Assembly: GCA_964035545.1 (NCBI GenBank)
Contig: OZ037769.1
Coordinates: forward strand, 12,120,633-12,184,632
Length of the DNA: 64,000 nt
Source: Bugula neritina
Taxonomy: Eukaryota > Animalia > Bryozoa
Direction of reading: 5' to 3'
In this document: positions 1 to 15,500 of the stretch, piece after piece
Position numbering within the stretch: the first letter of the stretch is position 1
Layout: each line of letters starts with the position of its first letter
Program-made: the position numbers and the translations under genes
The notes under the pieces: generated by a model
What the model saw: only the letters and a program-made list of their open reading frames with translations
Told to the model about the DNA's origin: nothing
Databases searched by the model: none

Positions 1-543
1 GAATTTAAATGACTCTCAAAACTTAGTTTCATTAGCTATTTTCTTTGTAATTTTAAGCCTAACAGTCCTGTAAGTTTATTAATAATCTGCAAGACAGCCA
101 TTAATTTTATATAAGCTGTTGAGCTAAAAAATTAAAATTAATTATTTTAAATTGGCCAAATTACCATACACTGAAAGCTTTGCTGCGTATAGTTTATAGC
201 TGGGATTAAATTTTAGACTACGACCATCTTGTTTTCAACAGTAGTAGCTTTAATCACTCAAATAGGTGAACAAATTAGACTTTCAAAGTATCGTTCACGT
301 TCAACTTCGGCGAGATCGATCTGACACTCTCATGGAAAAACGATCGATCTGATCAGCACATTTCTCAGATCGATCTTAGCGAGATCGATCTGAGATCGGT
401 ACATGGAAAGCCCGTGACAGTGAGGTCATGTCAGGGTGGAGTTGACACAGTGAGGTCATGTCAGGGTAGAGATGACACCGTAAAGTCATATCAGGGTCAG
501 TGTAGAGTTGCCATGGTAACGTAACCTAGTAGATGTGTTGTAG

Positions 544-3500
544 GTTAACGAAGAGAAGTGTTTCCATGTTATGCAATCATGGAACGATGCAATTCTCAAC
601 CTGCCTGATATATCCAAAAGGCTGGGTGCGGAGATGTGCCCGCAGATAGTGAAGTTCTTTTCTGAGTTCATGCACTCCTTCCTGGAGGACAAGCACATTA
701 CTGGGTGGCTGCGTAGGTTCTACGATAAGACTGGTGAGTATCTGAGGCCTTGAGACTGCCTGATAATCTTTTTTTCTGTAGCAGTACTAAGGATTATCTT
801 GGTTATTAGTTACATGTGCTGCTTTTGTACGATCATTTTACTAGAGGTTAATAATAGGCAATGTAAGTTAGATTGGCTTCATGACTGAGTCAGAAAGTTT
901 GATCTTTATTGATTTAAAGTGCAATGCAAGGTGATATAGTTGTATACAGTCTTAGATCATTTGTATGTGAAATCTTCATTTAAATTGGATTGATTTTGGT
1001 ATACCAAGTTTGAATCACGTAGATTGGTATGTAACAAGTTTTCTTGATTATTTTTCATATGTTTAATTCGCCTGTTTTAAACTCTTAAACCAATTACTTG
1101 TACTTGATGTAGTGCTACTCAGCAAAATGTGCCATAAGCATGCATTATGTGTATATAAATAAGGGTTTCTATTCATTTGTGCATACTATGGCATAGACAA
1201 CCACTGCAATGTATAGTATAATCGCTATAAATAATATGTGGGTCATTTTACTTGAAACACTTATCACTCCCATACACCCAAACTGACTAAAAATTAAGAT
1301 AAAACATAGAAAATTAAGTGGAATTAGAAAAAAAAAGCTTGTTTCTTATCCTGCATTTGTTAATATTTTATCAGTTTAATGCTAGAACTATATATATTAG
1401 CTGCTAAACTGTGAAAATTAGCTAAAACTAGAGATATGTAGTGTGTACTAAATTAAGTAAAGTGACTCATTTATGATGTCATTCCGCAGATTTTGCTGAC
1501 ATACTGCTGATGACTGGACACCCGGGCTGTTCGGATATCCTCAGCATAAACCGTATACTTAAAGTCTACACTAAGCTCATATCATTGGCTGATGAGAGTC
1601 AAGACACCAACCACTGCTCAGAGCTCCTGAAGTCACTGAATAAACTCCTCACTCTTAGTGAAAGTGTGAGTCATAATAGTTAACAGTTACTGTAAACCTT
1701 CAGTAAAGGAGTAAGTGTGCCAGTGTTTTTTACAACAGGTGACCAGGGTTTAGTTTAAGCCTTGGTTTGGTAATGAATTTGCACTAGCTGATTTATTCAA
1801 CAAACTTGCAGCTAGGTGAAGATTTTTGCCGGCTATATGTGGGGTAGAAGCTGATAAAATTGTTTTACCTTATATTGTGAAATAATTCAAAATATTTTTA
1901 ATCGCTGTTTGCTGGTATAAAAATAAACTTGGCTATTATCCAGCAGAACAATGGTACACGTATGGTAGACAACTTATTTTGGTTTTGTAGAAGTTGTCAG
2001 AGTGGCTGTTCAAGATTATCATGGCTAGTCCCGGGGACCTTGAACCTGGCGATACAGAGTCCCAGGTGGATAATAATGCCCTCTTGCTTCGTACCATAGC
2101 CTCTTATATGGTGAAGGAGGACAGGTGGGTTATAAATCATATTTACAAGATAATCTTTTCAGCCATATTTTCTTTAGTCTGCTATATCCCTGTTGCAGAT
2201 GCATTGTAATTGTGGAATTGTGTCTGTGTGTTTGTATTGTCGATGTTTTCGTAATTTTTCATGGAAGTTTTTGTACCAAATGAATAATAACATTTCCACT
2301 TATGTCCTTGAACCTTGTCAAGGCCAATATTTTACTGTTATACAAATAACTGAAAAGTCACTGTTGAAGAGTTAAACATTGTCTAATCACAAATCTAGGA
2401 TGAGTAAATTACACCCATCGCCCCTTCTTAAACAATGAAGCTAGGTACTACTTTCAGTATTAGTCTCTCAGTACTAGTCTCTCAGTACTACTCTGTCAGT
2501 ATTAGTCTCTCAGTACTAGTCTCTCAGTATTACTAGTATCACAGTACTTCTCTCTCAGTACTTCTCTCTCAGTACTACTCTCTCAGTATTACTAGTATCA
2601 CAGTACTTCTCTCTCAGTACTACTCTCACAGTACTTCTCTCACAGTACTTCTCTCACAGTACTTCTCTCACAGTACTACTCTCACAGTACTTCTCTCACA
2701 CTACTACTCTCACAGTACTACTCTCTCACGGTACTACTTTCAGTATTAGTCTCACAGTACTACTCTCTCACAGTACTAGTCTCTCAGTACTACTCTGTCA
2801 GTATTAGTCTCTCAGTACTAGTCTCTCAGTACTAGACTCTCAGTATTACTCTCTCAGTATTACTCTCTCAGTACTACTAGTATCACAGTATTAGTCTCAG
2901 TAAAAGTTCTATTTGCCTTTTCTTCAATATTTCAGTTCAATTGATAAAGCTGTACCCAAGTCTATCCTATCCTCTCTCATTGTCGTGGGGGAAACAGTTC
3001 TGCACCAAACTCAGAATGCTCAGGGTTTCCAGGAACTCTTGCTCATCATGTCTACACTGGCGCAGTCTGGAGGTTAGATATACTCTTCATGTATCAATAT
3101 CGTATTTATATTACATAAGTTTGCATTCCGAATTGTGATATTGATAATCGAGATTTGTATATAATGTGCATTAAGATGAAAGTTTTTTTCAAATATGTTC
3201 TCTTCTATTGAATTTATTTGAACCTTCTTGTCAGAAACACTGTTGAGCTTTAAACATTAGGAGGTTGCTGCCTATTAATAGTTTTTTCTGTCATGACTAG
3301 AATGTTTACTTGTAATTTTTAGCCGCAGTTCCTGCAAACTAACGTTTTATTTCATGTTGGGTGCTGCTGCAGGCCCAACCTTTTCTCGCATCTAAATAGT
3401 AACTTGCTATGACTATACACTAACTAGCTATAACTATTCACTCACTAACTATGACTATACACTAACTATGACTATACACTAACTATGACTATACACTAAC

Positions 3501-6500
3501 TAGCTATGACTATACACTAACTAACTATGACTATACACTAACTAGCTATAACTATACACTAACTATGACTATACACTAACTAGCTATGACTCTACACTAA
3601 CTATGACTACAGTTGTTTGTGTACTGTAGAATCAGTCAGTCTGTTCAGCTCAATCATTGGCTGGCTGGAAAGTTGCATTCCTTACTTGACTGTCAAAGAG
3701 GCCGGGGAGGAAAGTGGTGATGCCAAGAGATCAAAGTACGTCCTGTACACGGAGTTGGCGGCATCTCTACTCGCTTACATCACCGACGTGCTCACCATCG
3801 TCAAGGAAATGTGAGGGCCTGTTGTATGCATAGTATATGATGTTATTAACTCTATGTAATATGACCGTTTTGAAAAAAACATAACCATATCCCTATTTAA
3901 TAAAAAATTAGGGAAAATATACAAAGTCATGCAAAGTTAGAAAAAACTGTTAATTATTTAGTTGTATTTGTTAATATTCTATTAATTTAGTGCAAAAATA
4001 ACATATATATTAGCAGCTATATTGTGAAAAATAGCCAAAAACTAAAGATATCGAGTGTGTACTAAATTAGGCAAAATAATCCAATTACTTATGTTGGAAT
4101 TATCTTATCATTCATATAGTGTGAAATACTAGGAGCTGTTAGCTGGTTTATATTGTTGTTTGTGTCAACAGACCGACGGAGGGAGCAGCTAGCAAAGTCT
4201 TGTGGAGAGACTCGGCTGCTAGTGACGCAATTGACGAAGAAATGGAGGCCACGCCTTCGGAGTCCGTGACCGATACGTCTGACCTTGACAATCTGCTCTG
4301 TACCTTCAAGGAAACGCAGAGAGATTTCAAACAGCAACACTGGTCAGTAGAGAGAAGAAAGTCAGTTTGTCTGTCTTGTTGTTTGTGTTTCACTGGTTTA
4401 GGTTATTACTGGAGACTTGGTTTTGTAGGTACCACTGCTATACCTGTAGCATGACAGACGGTGTTGGCGTTTGCTCTGTCTGTGTGAAAGTGTGTCATAA
4501 AAACCATGATGTGTCCTACGCCAAACATGGTCAGTTTATTCACTTAGCAGTAAACGAACACTCCTGTAGTCTATTTACTCTGCGGTTAACTAGTTACTGT
4601 ATGTTATACTAAGTTACTTACACTCTGTTACTGTATGTTATACTAAATTACTTACACTTTGTTACTGTATGTTATACTAAATTACTTACACTCTGTTACT
4701 GTATGTTATACTAAGTTACTTACACTCTGTTACTGTATGTTTACTAAGGTACTTACACTCTGCTACTGTATGTTATACTAAGTTACTTACACTCTGTTAC
4801 TGTATGTTTACTAAGGTACTTACACTCTGCTACTGTATGTTATACTAAGTTACTTACACTCTGTTACGGTATGTTATACTAAGTTACTTACACTCTGTTA
4901 CTGTATGTCATACTAAATTACTTACACTTTGTTACTGTAGGTTATACTAAGTTACTTACACTCTGTTACTACTATATTGCATAACTCTGTCATGCCTGTC
5001 ATTTATTCAACCCACTCACTTCTCATCTCAGGAAGCTTCTTCTGTGACTGCGGAGAGAAAGGGCCAAAGTTCTGCAGCTCTCTCAAAAAGCGCTCGGCTA
5101 ATGACAACAACTCGGCTCTTACTGTGTCAAGGCCACCCTCAGGCTCTGGCCAGGTTAGAACTCTTATCTTATATTATAAAGAGGTGACTCGAGTTTATAC
5201 TTCAGTTGGTAATGAAACCTTCACTACCACTTTCATTACTCCAGGACCCATAGCTGAGCATGCTATAGAGAGAATGTGAAAATACTATGTTTATATTTTA
5301 AGTTTGAACTTGGCAGTCGTTTTATTGTCCCAGTAGAATACCATAATTATACTGAATGTGGGTCTATTTAGTCTCATGTAAATCTCATTGTATTAAATCT
5401 GACACTGAATATTGCAGAAGGGTGTAGCTGGCAGCCCATCTAACCTGCCTCAGTCACCCCGGCAGCAAACCAACAGACAGTCCAAAATGGCCGCCACACT
5501 GAAGGAGCAGCGGCTAAATCTTAAGCCACAGCTCCTGGCCAAGAGTGAGCAGATTCTCAAAGTTGTGGAGAAAACCAACTTGCTGTCGGTTGTGAACAAG
5601 TTGTTGATAGCGTTACGCGCTGACTATATGGACAGGTACACCGCTGCCATGCCTCAGGAAGCCAACAGAAAAGCTCAGACACTTGTTGAGCAGTTGGAGA
5701 CGCTGACCAAGACGTGTGACCTGTCAGACAGCCTCATGGTAGCTACTGATATGTTCTCTAGTTTATCAGTACTCATTTCTTAACTCGCGCAATGCTCCTT
5801 CCATATCTCACGAATCCATTTCTCACGAAATTCCATCGGTCATGAGAAGGGATTAATTTCCTGTTTTGTGCCTTATGTATGTGTGCATAGGGACAAAATT
5901 AACAGATCCGTGAGTTAAATCTGGTATTCTATTATGTTTCGGAACTCGCAGTTTAGTGAGATACGGAGGAAGCACTGTTCTATCAAACTTGCTGAGCTAT
6001 TTCTAGGGAAGTTAGAGAGACATGTATATTATCTCGAGTGTAGATGCTATTTGTTAGTCACTAGTATACTCTCTTATGTTTCACCTTGATATTTGTAGCT
6101 CGCTCACATGAGCTCTGCAGAAAACACGTTTGAGAATGTGAAGCCGTCATACTCCGGAGATCAAGGCACCACCATTAAGCAGCTCATAAGCAGTCACATG
6201 ATCAGGCGAAGGATCGTTTGTAAAGTCACTGTGGCGGGTAGATAACTCTCTTTCACTATAGTTTGTCATGCAGTTCTTTTGTGGTACTATTTTCATGTTC
6301 TTTACTTTAGACCAGGGTGTCTAGTTGAAGGCAGCGTCATGTTTTTACCTGAAACCTTTAATTTTCAATCTCTGGCTGTTAACAATGAATTTAAAATGTA
6401 ACTTTGAGCCATTTTTGAATAAAAACCTGTAAACCTTAGGAGCAGCCTGGGGTCATGTAAAGTAGTTTGTGTATTAGTAATGAGCAGCTCTTCCTGAGAC

Positions 6501-9500
6501 CAAGTTGTTTGACTTCTTTGAAGGTGGAAAAGAGTCTATGCTAGCTGTAGCCTGTGATAAGGGGAAGATCACTATGCTACAGATATCCAGTTTGTTCAAG
6601 AGTGGCATGGAGAAGCCCACCAAACTGGCCCTCACGGTACCGTCTGCCATAATTACTCATTGTAATAGTATGAAAACGTCATTAATTTATCAACTGTAGT
6701 CGAGTGTTTTGATGAAGTGGTGGCGTAATGTAATCCTACCTTTTTATTCAGAGATGCAAGGCGTCGGTGGTGCCCTTCACCATTCTCTCCATGTCCGTGA
6801 ACCCCCTGGACGATAGTGTGGTCGCTGTTTGTGGACTGAAGGAGTGTCACGTGCTGACTTTAAATGAGACGGGCACCGCCTCTAAATCTACCATCCTTCA
6901 TCCTTCACTGGATACAGGTTAGTACAACTCACTATACACTATATACAGGTTAGTACTATTCACTATACACTATATACAGGTTAGTACTACTCACTATACA
7001 CTATATACAGGTTAGTACTATTCACTATACACTATATACAGGTTAGTACTACTCACTATACGCTATATACAGGTTAGTACTACTCACTATGCACTATATA
7101 TAGGGTAGTACTACTCACTGGATACAGGTTAGTACTACTCACTATGCACTATATATAGGGTAGTACTACTCACTCTATAATTATTTTTCACTCATGCATT
7201 TTCCTAGTACTATTTACTCTGCAATGTTCTTCTATTACATTTATTGTTCTCCATTAACACCCATTTATGGGGATTGTTTCTTAGTGTAATAACTAGATAA
7301 AGTATTGTTTCAGGAAACTTCATTGTAAAAGCTGAGTGGATTCCCGGCAAGAACTCTTGGTTGGCTGTGGTGACTGCTGATTTCATTAAGATCTACTGCT
7401 TGCAGTTGGACACCATTTCCCCTCAGTACTACTATCTGCTGCCTTCTGGGAAGGTATTTGTTGCACTTACACTAACCTCCCTCAATCACTGTGTGGTTTA
7501 TTGTCTTGGGAGGTATTGTACTTCATCAGGTGCAGCTTTCTGATTGCTTGTCATTAGGGTTCTTGCTCCACCAATGATTGAATGTTAACTTACTCACAGC
7601 ATCTCCCACTCTCACCGACACCCCTCCCCCCGCTGCTGTTGCTCCTGCTGTGGCAGATGCTTTGTAAAGGATTAACTAATCATGCTCATTGTGAAACCTA
7701 GCTGGTTTTCATAAATGTCCCATTCAAATGAGTGTTGTTCTTGCACCATTTTGTTGATTTGCTGTCGGAGATTTTATGCTGCTGCGTGAAATCATTAGCT
7801 ATAAAACGATAATCAACAGCAGTTCTATATAGAGAGGTGGTTGGCTGACCATTCAGTTGATAAGTTCTCACTCTACACTTTCTTTTGAGGATTCATTAAA
7901 CATTAAAATTTTATCAACTCTAAATTTTCATTTTGGGACAAAGTATTTTCAAGCATCTGCTATTGTTTTATTTATTTTTTTAAGACAGACTGTAAAGAGT
8001 TTTAACCATTATTTTCAAAATTTTTTGCTTATGCGACATATTAATCTGTAGCTCTATTTAAAAGTAAAAGTTGGTAAGTTGGCAAATCATCACCCACTTA
8101 CATCATCCAATATGTGAGTTGTATCGTTAGACACTTTCTGTCTGTGTCAGGTACGAGACGTAACGTTCTGTGTGGATCCTGAAAGCGGACTTGCAGCTCT
8201 ACTTGTCATGTCCTCCAGTGGGCACGTTTATACTCAGTACCTGGATGAAGACAGCAAAGCTGTTCACGGCCCTTTCTACATCACTTCCTCTATGGATATT
8301 AGTCATCCATTGATAACCAAGGTGAGATCTTCACATATCTTTCCTTATAATCGTACACTGTGAAATCCATTCACATTATTTCACGAGCTATAATATTTGA
8401 TTAATATTAATTCACTTATAAAACTCATACAAGTTTATAGTCACTATCCCTGTGAGAAATCTCTGACGGAAAGGGTTTTTTTAAATCAGGCCAAGTACTT
8501 ATTCTGATGTGACACAGGGGCAATCATGACTGGATGCTTTTCCTAACATCGCTAATAGCCTTTAGAGAGGTTCGAACCCATGACTTCAGATTTACTAAGC
8601 AAATGTTCTAACCCCTAGACTACAGCTGCTCCCTAATGTTAATTCACTTATATTAAGGACACATTTGTTGACTTTTCATTCATTAGTCTCTGTTAAAACA
8701 TATTTCCATGTATTTTGTTTGATACTTTTTTACCAAACTTACAGATGCTGTCTCCACATTCTTTATTTATGCCTTTCATGTTTGCCTAGTAATTACACAC
8801 CTTATACTCACACGTCTGTGTATATCTACTGGTACAATGCACATGTTTCCACAGAGCGGCAGAGTGATCCTTGGAGGAGGGTGCTCTATATACTACTCTC
8901 ATTCCCTCAAGTTGTTGATGGTGAGCTTCACTCAAGGCCACACCTACTGCTGCTCTCTCAACTTCTCCTCTCTCGCTGCCAGTAATGTCACCAAGGTCAC
9001 TTTCTCTGGAGGGTATGTAACCTTAGCACAGCTCGCTGCGTGTGTGTCCACTTTGTAGACATGCTGTCTACTTCATTGTCAAGGCAGCACCAGTGTTATA
9101 ATAATCAGTATATCTGAGCTAATGCAATTATCAAAATTGATTTTGTTTTATTATCCAGCTATCATGCAACTTTTACTTGTTGCAATAATTACATTTACTC
9201 ATGTTTAATGGGTCTTTGACGAGGAATAATTTATGTTTCAGTTTTATTCTGTATTACGACTTCTACATCTAGAGTGATAGCTGTACCCTACCTGCATATT
9301 ACTATGTATGTCTATTTGAACACATTTATACAAGTGTAATTCACTGTGTAGGAACACCGAGTAAAAATAATCTCTGCACATGATTCTATTGTGTGATGTT
9401 TATAGTAGCTGCTGAGTTTAAGACATCAGAGCTAGGATGCTCCAGCTCTCTCATTGTCACAGTTCTGCTGCTGAGTCTACCACTGACGTTAACATGTTCT

Positions 9501-12500
9501 TGTATTTAGGAAAGCAAACAGCACACAGCCTATGGTCCAATGGTCTGAGAGTTATGCTCATCCGGGACTCGTGTTCTGTATCACTCAGTCTACCAACACT
9601 CCTCTGGCTCTCTACATCACCTCTCAGAAGATTACGGTGCAGGTAACGGGTTACCTTTGTATATCACTGCACATACTCATGTTTGTTTCTGTCACGATTT
9701 CTGTGTTGGGGTTTTCTTATAGCTGTACTGACAACGCGGTTTAAATATTTTCAAATAGTGAAAAAGCATTTTTTATTTGATGTCACGAATAACCCACTAG
9801 CTTAACATAAAGTAGACCTAACAATTTTAGGTGTATAAAACATACTGACTACTGATGGCATTACGTTCTCTATGCCTTCTTGATTTTGTCTTTTCAGTTG
9901 GGCATCATTTTTAAAGGATATTGTTTGCGGATATCCTCTTGCTGATTGAAATGCGCTGTAGATTCGTCTTATTTTTCGCTACAGGAAATTAAATCTTCTA
10001 TGCTGTTGAAGAACTCCAACAATAAAGCCACGAAAGTGCTGGACTATGTTGCTCTGAAATGTCATCCGTCTCCTTCACTGGTATAGTCCAGTTCCTAATT
10101 TATATTTAGTCTAAGTTCTATGAATGTCATAATCCAACTCCTTGTGGATTTGTGAATTTGAGTTTTATTGTTTAGTATATTTAAGAAACATGTATTGGTT
10201 TACTTTATGAATGTGACTGCCTCTAAAGTCTGACTGCCAAGATACTTGACAATATTAGAGTTGATATTAGCAATAGTAGTGGTGTTTATGTTACTAGTGG
10301 GAGTAGAGGTGATGATATTAGCAATAGTAATAGTAGTACCCAGTTTGTTAGTAGCAATAGAGGTAATTACTTTACAAGATGTCAGACTGTAGTAATATTC
10401 ACATTACTAGTAGCTGTAAAGGTGATAATATTAACAGTAGTAGTAGTAGTAATCATGTTACTAGAAGTCAGACTGTATAATAAAACTACTTTGTAGTTGC
10501 AGACGTACATGATGCTGATATGTGAAGACGGCAGTCTGAAGATATTGAAGGCTAATGATGATCTCGTTAGCCTGTGGATCCAACCATCTCTGAACCCTTC
10601 CAGTCCTTTTAGCTTCCTCAAGCTAAATAAATCTTCTAGAAACAAGACATCTAGTGGGAAAGGTCAGCCTACTGCCCAGTCGGCCATGTTGCTATATTTA
10701 CTATGAAATGTGTAAAACTACTCCTGATATGGTGTCCCAGTACACTCACGCTAGCTATGTAGTTTCTCAAAGTATTTGAACCACAAACCTTTGCCAAAAC
10801 CGTTACATCAGACGCTCTTCATAAACATTTTAACCCTTGAGTTATAAACAAATCAAGTGTTGTTGTGAATTTTATGTCCTTCAGGCATGTTGGCTTGTTT
10901 CACATTCAACTATTTACCTCTGATATGTGTCATACTAATTTAGGTCTTGTTCTTATGATACATTGCAGTCCTCACGTCCACACCTCAGATGCGTGTAGAC
11001 TTCTTTGAGTCTTGTACCCACACCAACGATGTCGAGTATGGAGGTAACGATATCCTTCAAGTCTATCACAGAAATCTTATCAAACAGAGACTTGCTGCTA
11101 ATAACCAGTATATAGCATGCACCAAGGTACAGTGTTTACTTCTGACTCTGGTTACTACACTCTCAGCATGCAATATACACACAATCCTAGTACAGTGTTT
11201 CCTCCGTGTCTTACTAAGCTGTGGGTCCTAAAACCTCGGTTTGTGACATAGTAGAATACCTGATTTATACACCTACACACTGTTAAATGACCTCTGGGGG
11301 TCTAAGCCCTTCTCGTGACCTATGGAATTTTGTGAGAAAGAGATCTGTAAGCTACAAAGGCGGCACTCTACATCGTGTTGACCATTCACGTATTGCATTA
11401 AATTCATCGGACAAGCGTCAAGGTTGTCTCAAAATGGTTTCCATCTCTAATTTGGTAATTAGTTTATACTCTTCACTCCTGTTGATTGTAGACCGACTCT
11501 TTCAAAATGGAGATAATGAACACATCACCTTCGCATGTTATTGCTGGAATTAGAATACAAGTCGGTGGACATTTGATATCACGTCTGCCCAGGTTAGTTA
11601 CGTTATGGACTTCCTTTCTGGGGTATTTATTCACTTTGCATTGTGTAGTAGAGTCAAACTAGACTGTGACATATTCTCTGTGCTCTGTGAGGACACAGCT
11701 TACCATCTGCCATTTTTTCTAGTATCCATGTGTTCTGATACTATACATTTCTTTCTCATTTGCTTTCTTTTAATACTGTGAATACTTTTGTTAAGTTATT
11801 GTCAAACTGCATAGCATTAATTATTTTAGTGCTGATTTATTAGATAACCGCTGTAGCAGCTACTGTTTATTAACATGATATTGTAGCTACATTGAGGTAT
11901 TTGGTGAAAGGAGAGCTGTGAATGCAGATCGCCAAAGGTGGCTGGATTTCCCATTCACTAGAGAGGAGTCTATTCTAGCCAACACCAAGATTGTTATCAC
12001 AGGTAGGCCTACTTGTACCTGTGCCGCAGGTAAATCTGTACTTCCTGTGATGATCTCATAATGTCTGTATGACATGAGTGCCATTGTGTTTGGTTCGCTT
12101 AGGTTTATTCATTGAAATATCATATCAAATAAACAAATGCACATGTATGCACAAGGTACCAATGTAAATTTAGTAATAATACAGTGCTCGTGCTCCCTCT
12201 ATAGCTCACGGATCCATTTAGAAATTCCAAAGGTCACCAAACGGGCTAGGACCCTTCCCCCATCCAGTTTGGGGCTTATGTATGTGTTTATAGGAAAAAA
12301 ATGGCAAATTTTAATGGATTCGTGAGTTAAATATGATATTCTACTATGTCGCGAATTGAAGTTTTAAGACGTAGCTCAGTGAGATACACAAGGAGCACTG
12401 GATAGCCTATTTTCTACTTTCTCTTGCAGTGGGGTCGAGCACACACTCCGACCACGTCACATTTATAGACTCAATCAGAGTCTACTCCAAGTCTAAAGAC

Positions 12501-15500
12501 GCATTCGGTTGGTCGGAGCAGGAGGCGGCTCAGCTGATATCTCAAACCAATCAGCTGACAGCCTCGCCCAAGAGTGTCGTTAGCTCCTCCCCTCCCAGTG
12601 CCGATGAGCAGCTGGATTCTGAAGAAGGCAGTGACAGTGAGACAGGGGCGGAGGTCCGCAGCCCCCTGCCCACCACCTCTCTAGACAAGTAGGTTCTCCG
12701 CTATAACTTATGTGACGTGTACTGCTAGTCTTTAGGCCAAGTTTTAGTTCCGCTCATCACATCACTTCTTTAGAGCTCCTGAAGCTAGATTGATCTAAAA
12801 TATCGCCCATGCAAACTGATGAATATTAAAATAATGCCGTGTGAAAGTAATTTTGTAGTCTATTCTATGTAACAGTAGCTAAGACTTGTAAGGTTGGTTA
12901 TATGACTGCATGTTTGTTTTTCTTGTGCTAATTTGCATGTCTAAATATAAGCTGTGTGAAATGTTAGCTTTTGAACTTTCTGCTGCAAAGTGATTGAATG
13001 GCAGATGCCTTTAAAATGCTAGAACATTCTGTAAAATTATGAGTGAAGAATTAATTAATTCAGATAGATTTTGTTTTACCTTTTCTGTGTGTATATATGT
13101 TGTTAGATAGATTTATTAATAAAACAGTTGTTAACCATAGAAAGCTACCTTATCACTAACCATAGCTAACATGACATTTCAGTAATCTAATAGTACACTG
13201 TTGATTAACATGTAACATCCATCTACTGTGGCAGGCTGGTAGCTGATGCATTTACTGTGCTCACCCTATACTTCTTGAACTCCTCCACCACCACCCTACC
13301 CGGACAAGCACTGGTAGAGAAAGACACTCAGGCTATTGAGGACTTGGCAGGGCAACTGTATGTACTTCTGCCACCATCCTGTGTTGAAGAGTCTCTTAAT
13401 TTGTTCCTTCAGGCTTTACAAGTCTCCAAGAAGTCTGTTCACGAGCAAACCGTAAGACGTGCTTATAGTATCTATATAAACTGTAAGATATGCTTATAGT
13501 ACTTATATAAACTGTAGGATGTGCCTATAGTATATATATTTAAACCGTAATATGTGCTTATAGTATCTATATCAACTGCAACATGTGCTTATAGTATCTA
13601 TATCAACTGTTATAGTTTCACACAAACTATAAATGCTTTTGATAATACATGCCTAAATATCTCAGCACGTTGTGATTGGCAGGACTCCCTGAGAGTTGAA
13701 TGTATTACCAAGTGGATGCACCTGGATTCAGCTAAACTGAATCCCTGCACTTATCAGCTGATACTGGACTGGATACAGCAGCTGGGTCACTACAGACAGG
13801 AGAACTTCAAACTGCTGTCTGCTGCCTGTAAGATTCACTGGTTACTGATAGTTCTAACTGAGCGCTCAAACTGTGTACTCTAACTACATACTATAACTAT
13901 ATACTCTAAGTGTACATTCCCACTATATACTCTAACTGATTACTCTGACTGTGTACTCTAACTCTACACTCTAGCTACACACTCTAACTACATACTATAA
14001 CTATGTACTCTAACTGCATATTCCAACTGAGTGCTCTGACTATATACTCTTACTGCTATAAATACACTCATTATACACTCATTATATATGCCCCTAGAAT
14101 ATTTGTTTGTTTTTGCACTTTTTCACTACTTTTCATTATACTATTCTTCTAAGGCTACATGCTCTGGCTTAGAGAGTAATATTGCCTTGTAGATTAATAA
14201 TGTGTGTACGTTGTATAGCTGTTATATTTGTTCTCTCTGTAGTCACAGATGATGACAATGGTGAGGTCCAGTTCCTCGAGTTGTTGGCTCAGAAGTTCAA
14301 CCATCTCTATTCAAAGATACCCTACCATCGAATGCTGGCTCCCATCTGCTTTTCTGGTCTACAGGTAACTATGTTATTTATATCTGTTCTTAAATGTGCT
14401 CTAGTTCCCTCATACTAACAATATTGCTATAAATCTGACATGAGTAAAACTTTATGAAGATTTTTTGTTTGAAGCGGTAAATGTTGTTAGCCTAAGATCC
14501 AACGATAAGTCAACTTATTTTAATGTTGTTTTAGAATGTAAAGGCCACAGTGTTTGCTCTGGTAGACGTGCTATTTCTGTTTGTAAACGAGAACAAGGAT
14601 TTACTACCAACTGTGGTAACCCTTTGCCTCCAGCTACTGTTTCACAAGGTATAACTCTCACTTCTCTACTGCAAGTACAAAATTTACAAATATTTTGGGC
14701 TGTCCTTTTTCTAACCAGTTTATTTTTTAAAAAATATTTTTGTTGACTTGGTATTTTCCATTTTTTATCATTTAAAATAAAAAGAAAAGGGTTTGGGCAG
14801 TGAAATTGTCACTTTCATCATTGATTGTTAGTTTAGCTTCTTCATCTTGTAACAAATCAGGGAGGTGATAGTGTGGTCACTTGATACTCATGCAGCCTAG
14901 TAACAGTCAGACATTTGTTTCAGGATATGGCTGTGAGGTTTGCTTGCAAGCAGGCTATGATTAGAATATTGAAGCCGCAGTCGAAGGCTAAAAAATTGAT
15001 TGAAAAAGAAATTGACGAAGACTCAGCTGCCTCCAAGAAAGGCACAGCAAAGCAACCACAAACCCCTCAAACCCCCCAAACCCCTAGCAGAGACGTTGTT
15101 GCACAGGCACCCCCTCAGGTTTGTATACGCATATCACCAGCAGTTGGTCTTCTGCTTATGACAGCTGGCAGCGTTTAGTACAAAACGACAACAACCTTGC
15201 ATGCAATTCTCAACCCATGATTCTCTTCTTTTCTCTTCTAAATTTTACAGTACTTTTTTGTGTTCATGATTTATACTTTACAAACTTAACTTTTCTGCCC
15301 CCGTTTGTGCTCCACATTTGACAGTCTTTCTTAAATTAACTTCTTTGCTGGTTAATGAGACAATCCTCTGCCCAATTGTAAAGTTTGTTATATTTCGTGA
15401 AAATTATAAACTGAGCAAACATTTTAATCGCTTGAAGGCTGTGCCAGCTGTGCACCATGTGCCGATGGACGTGGCTGCCGAAATGCTGCCTCCACAGCAT

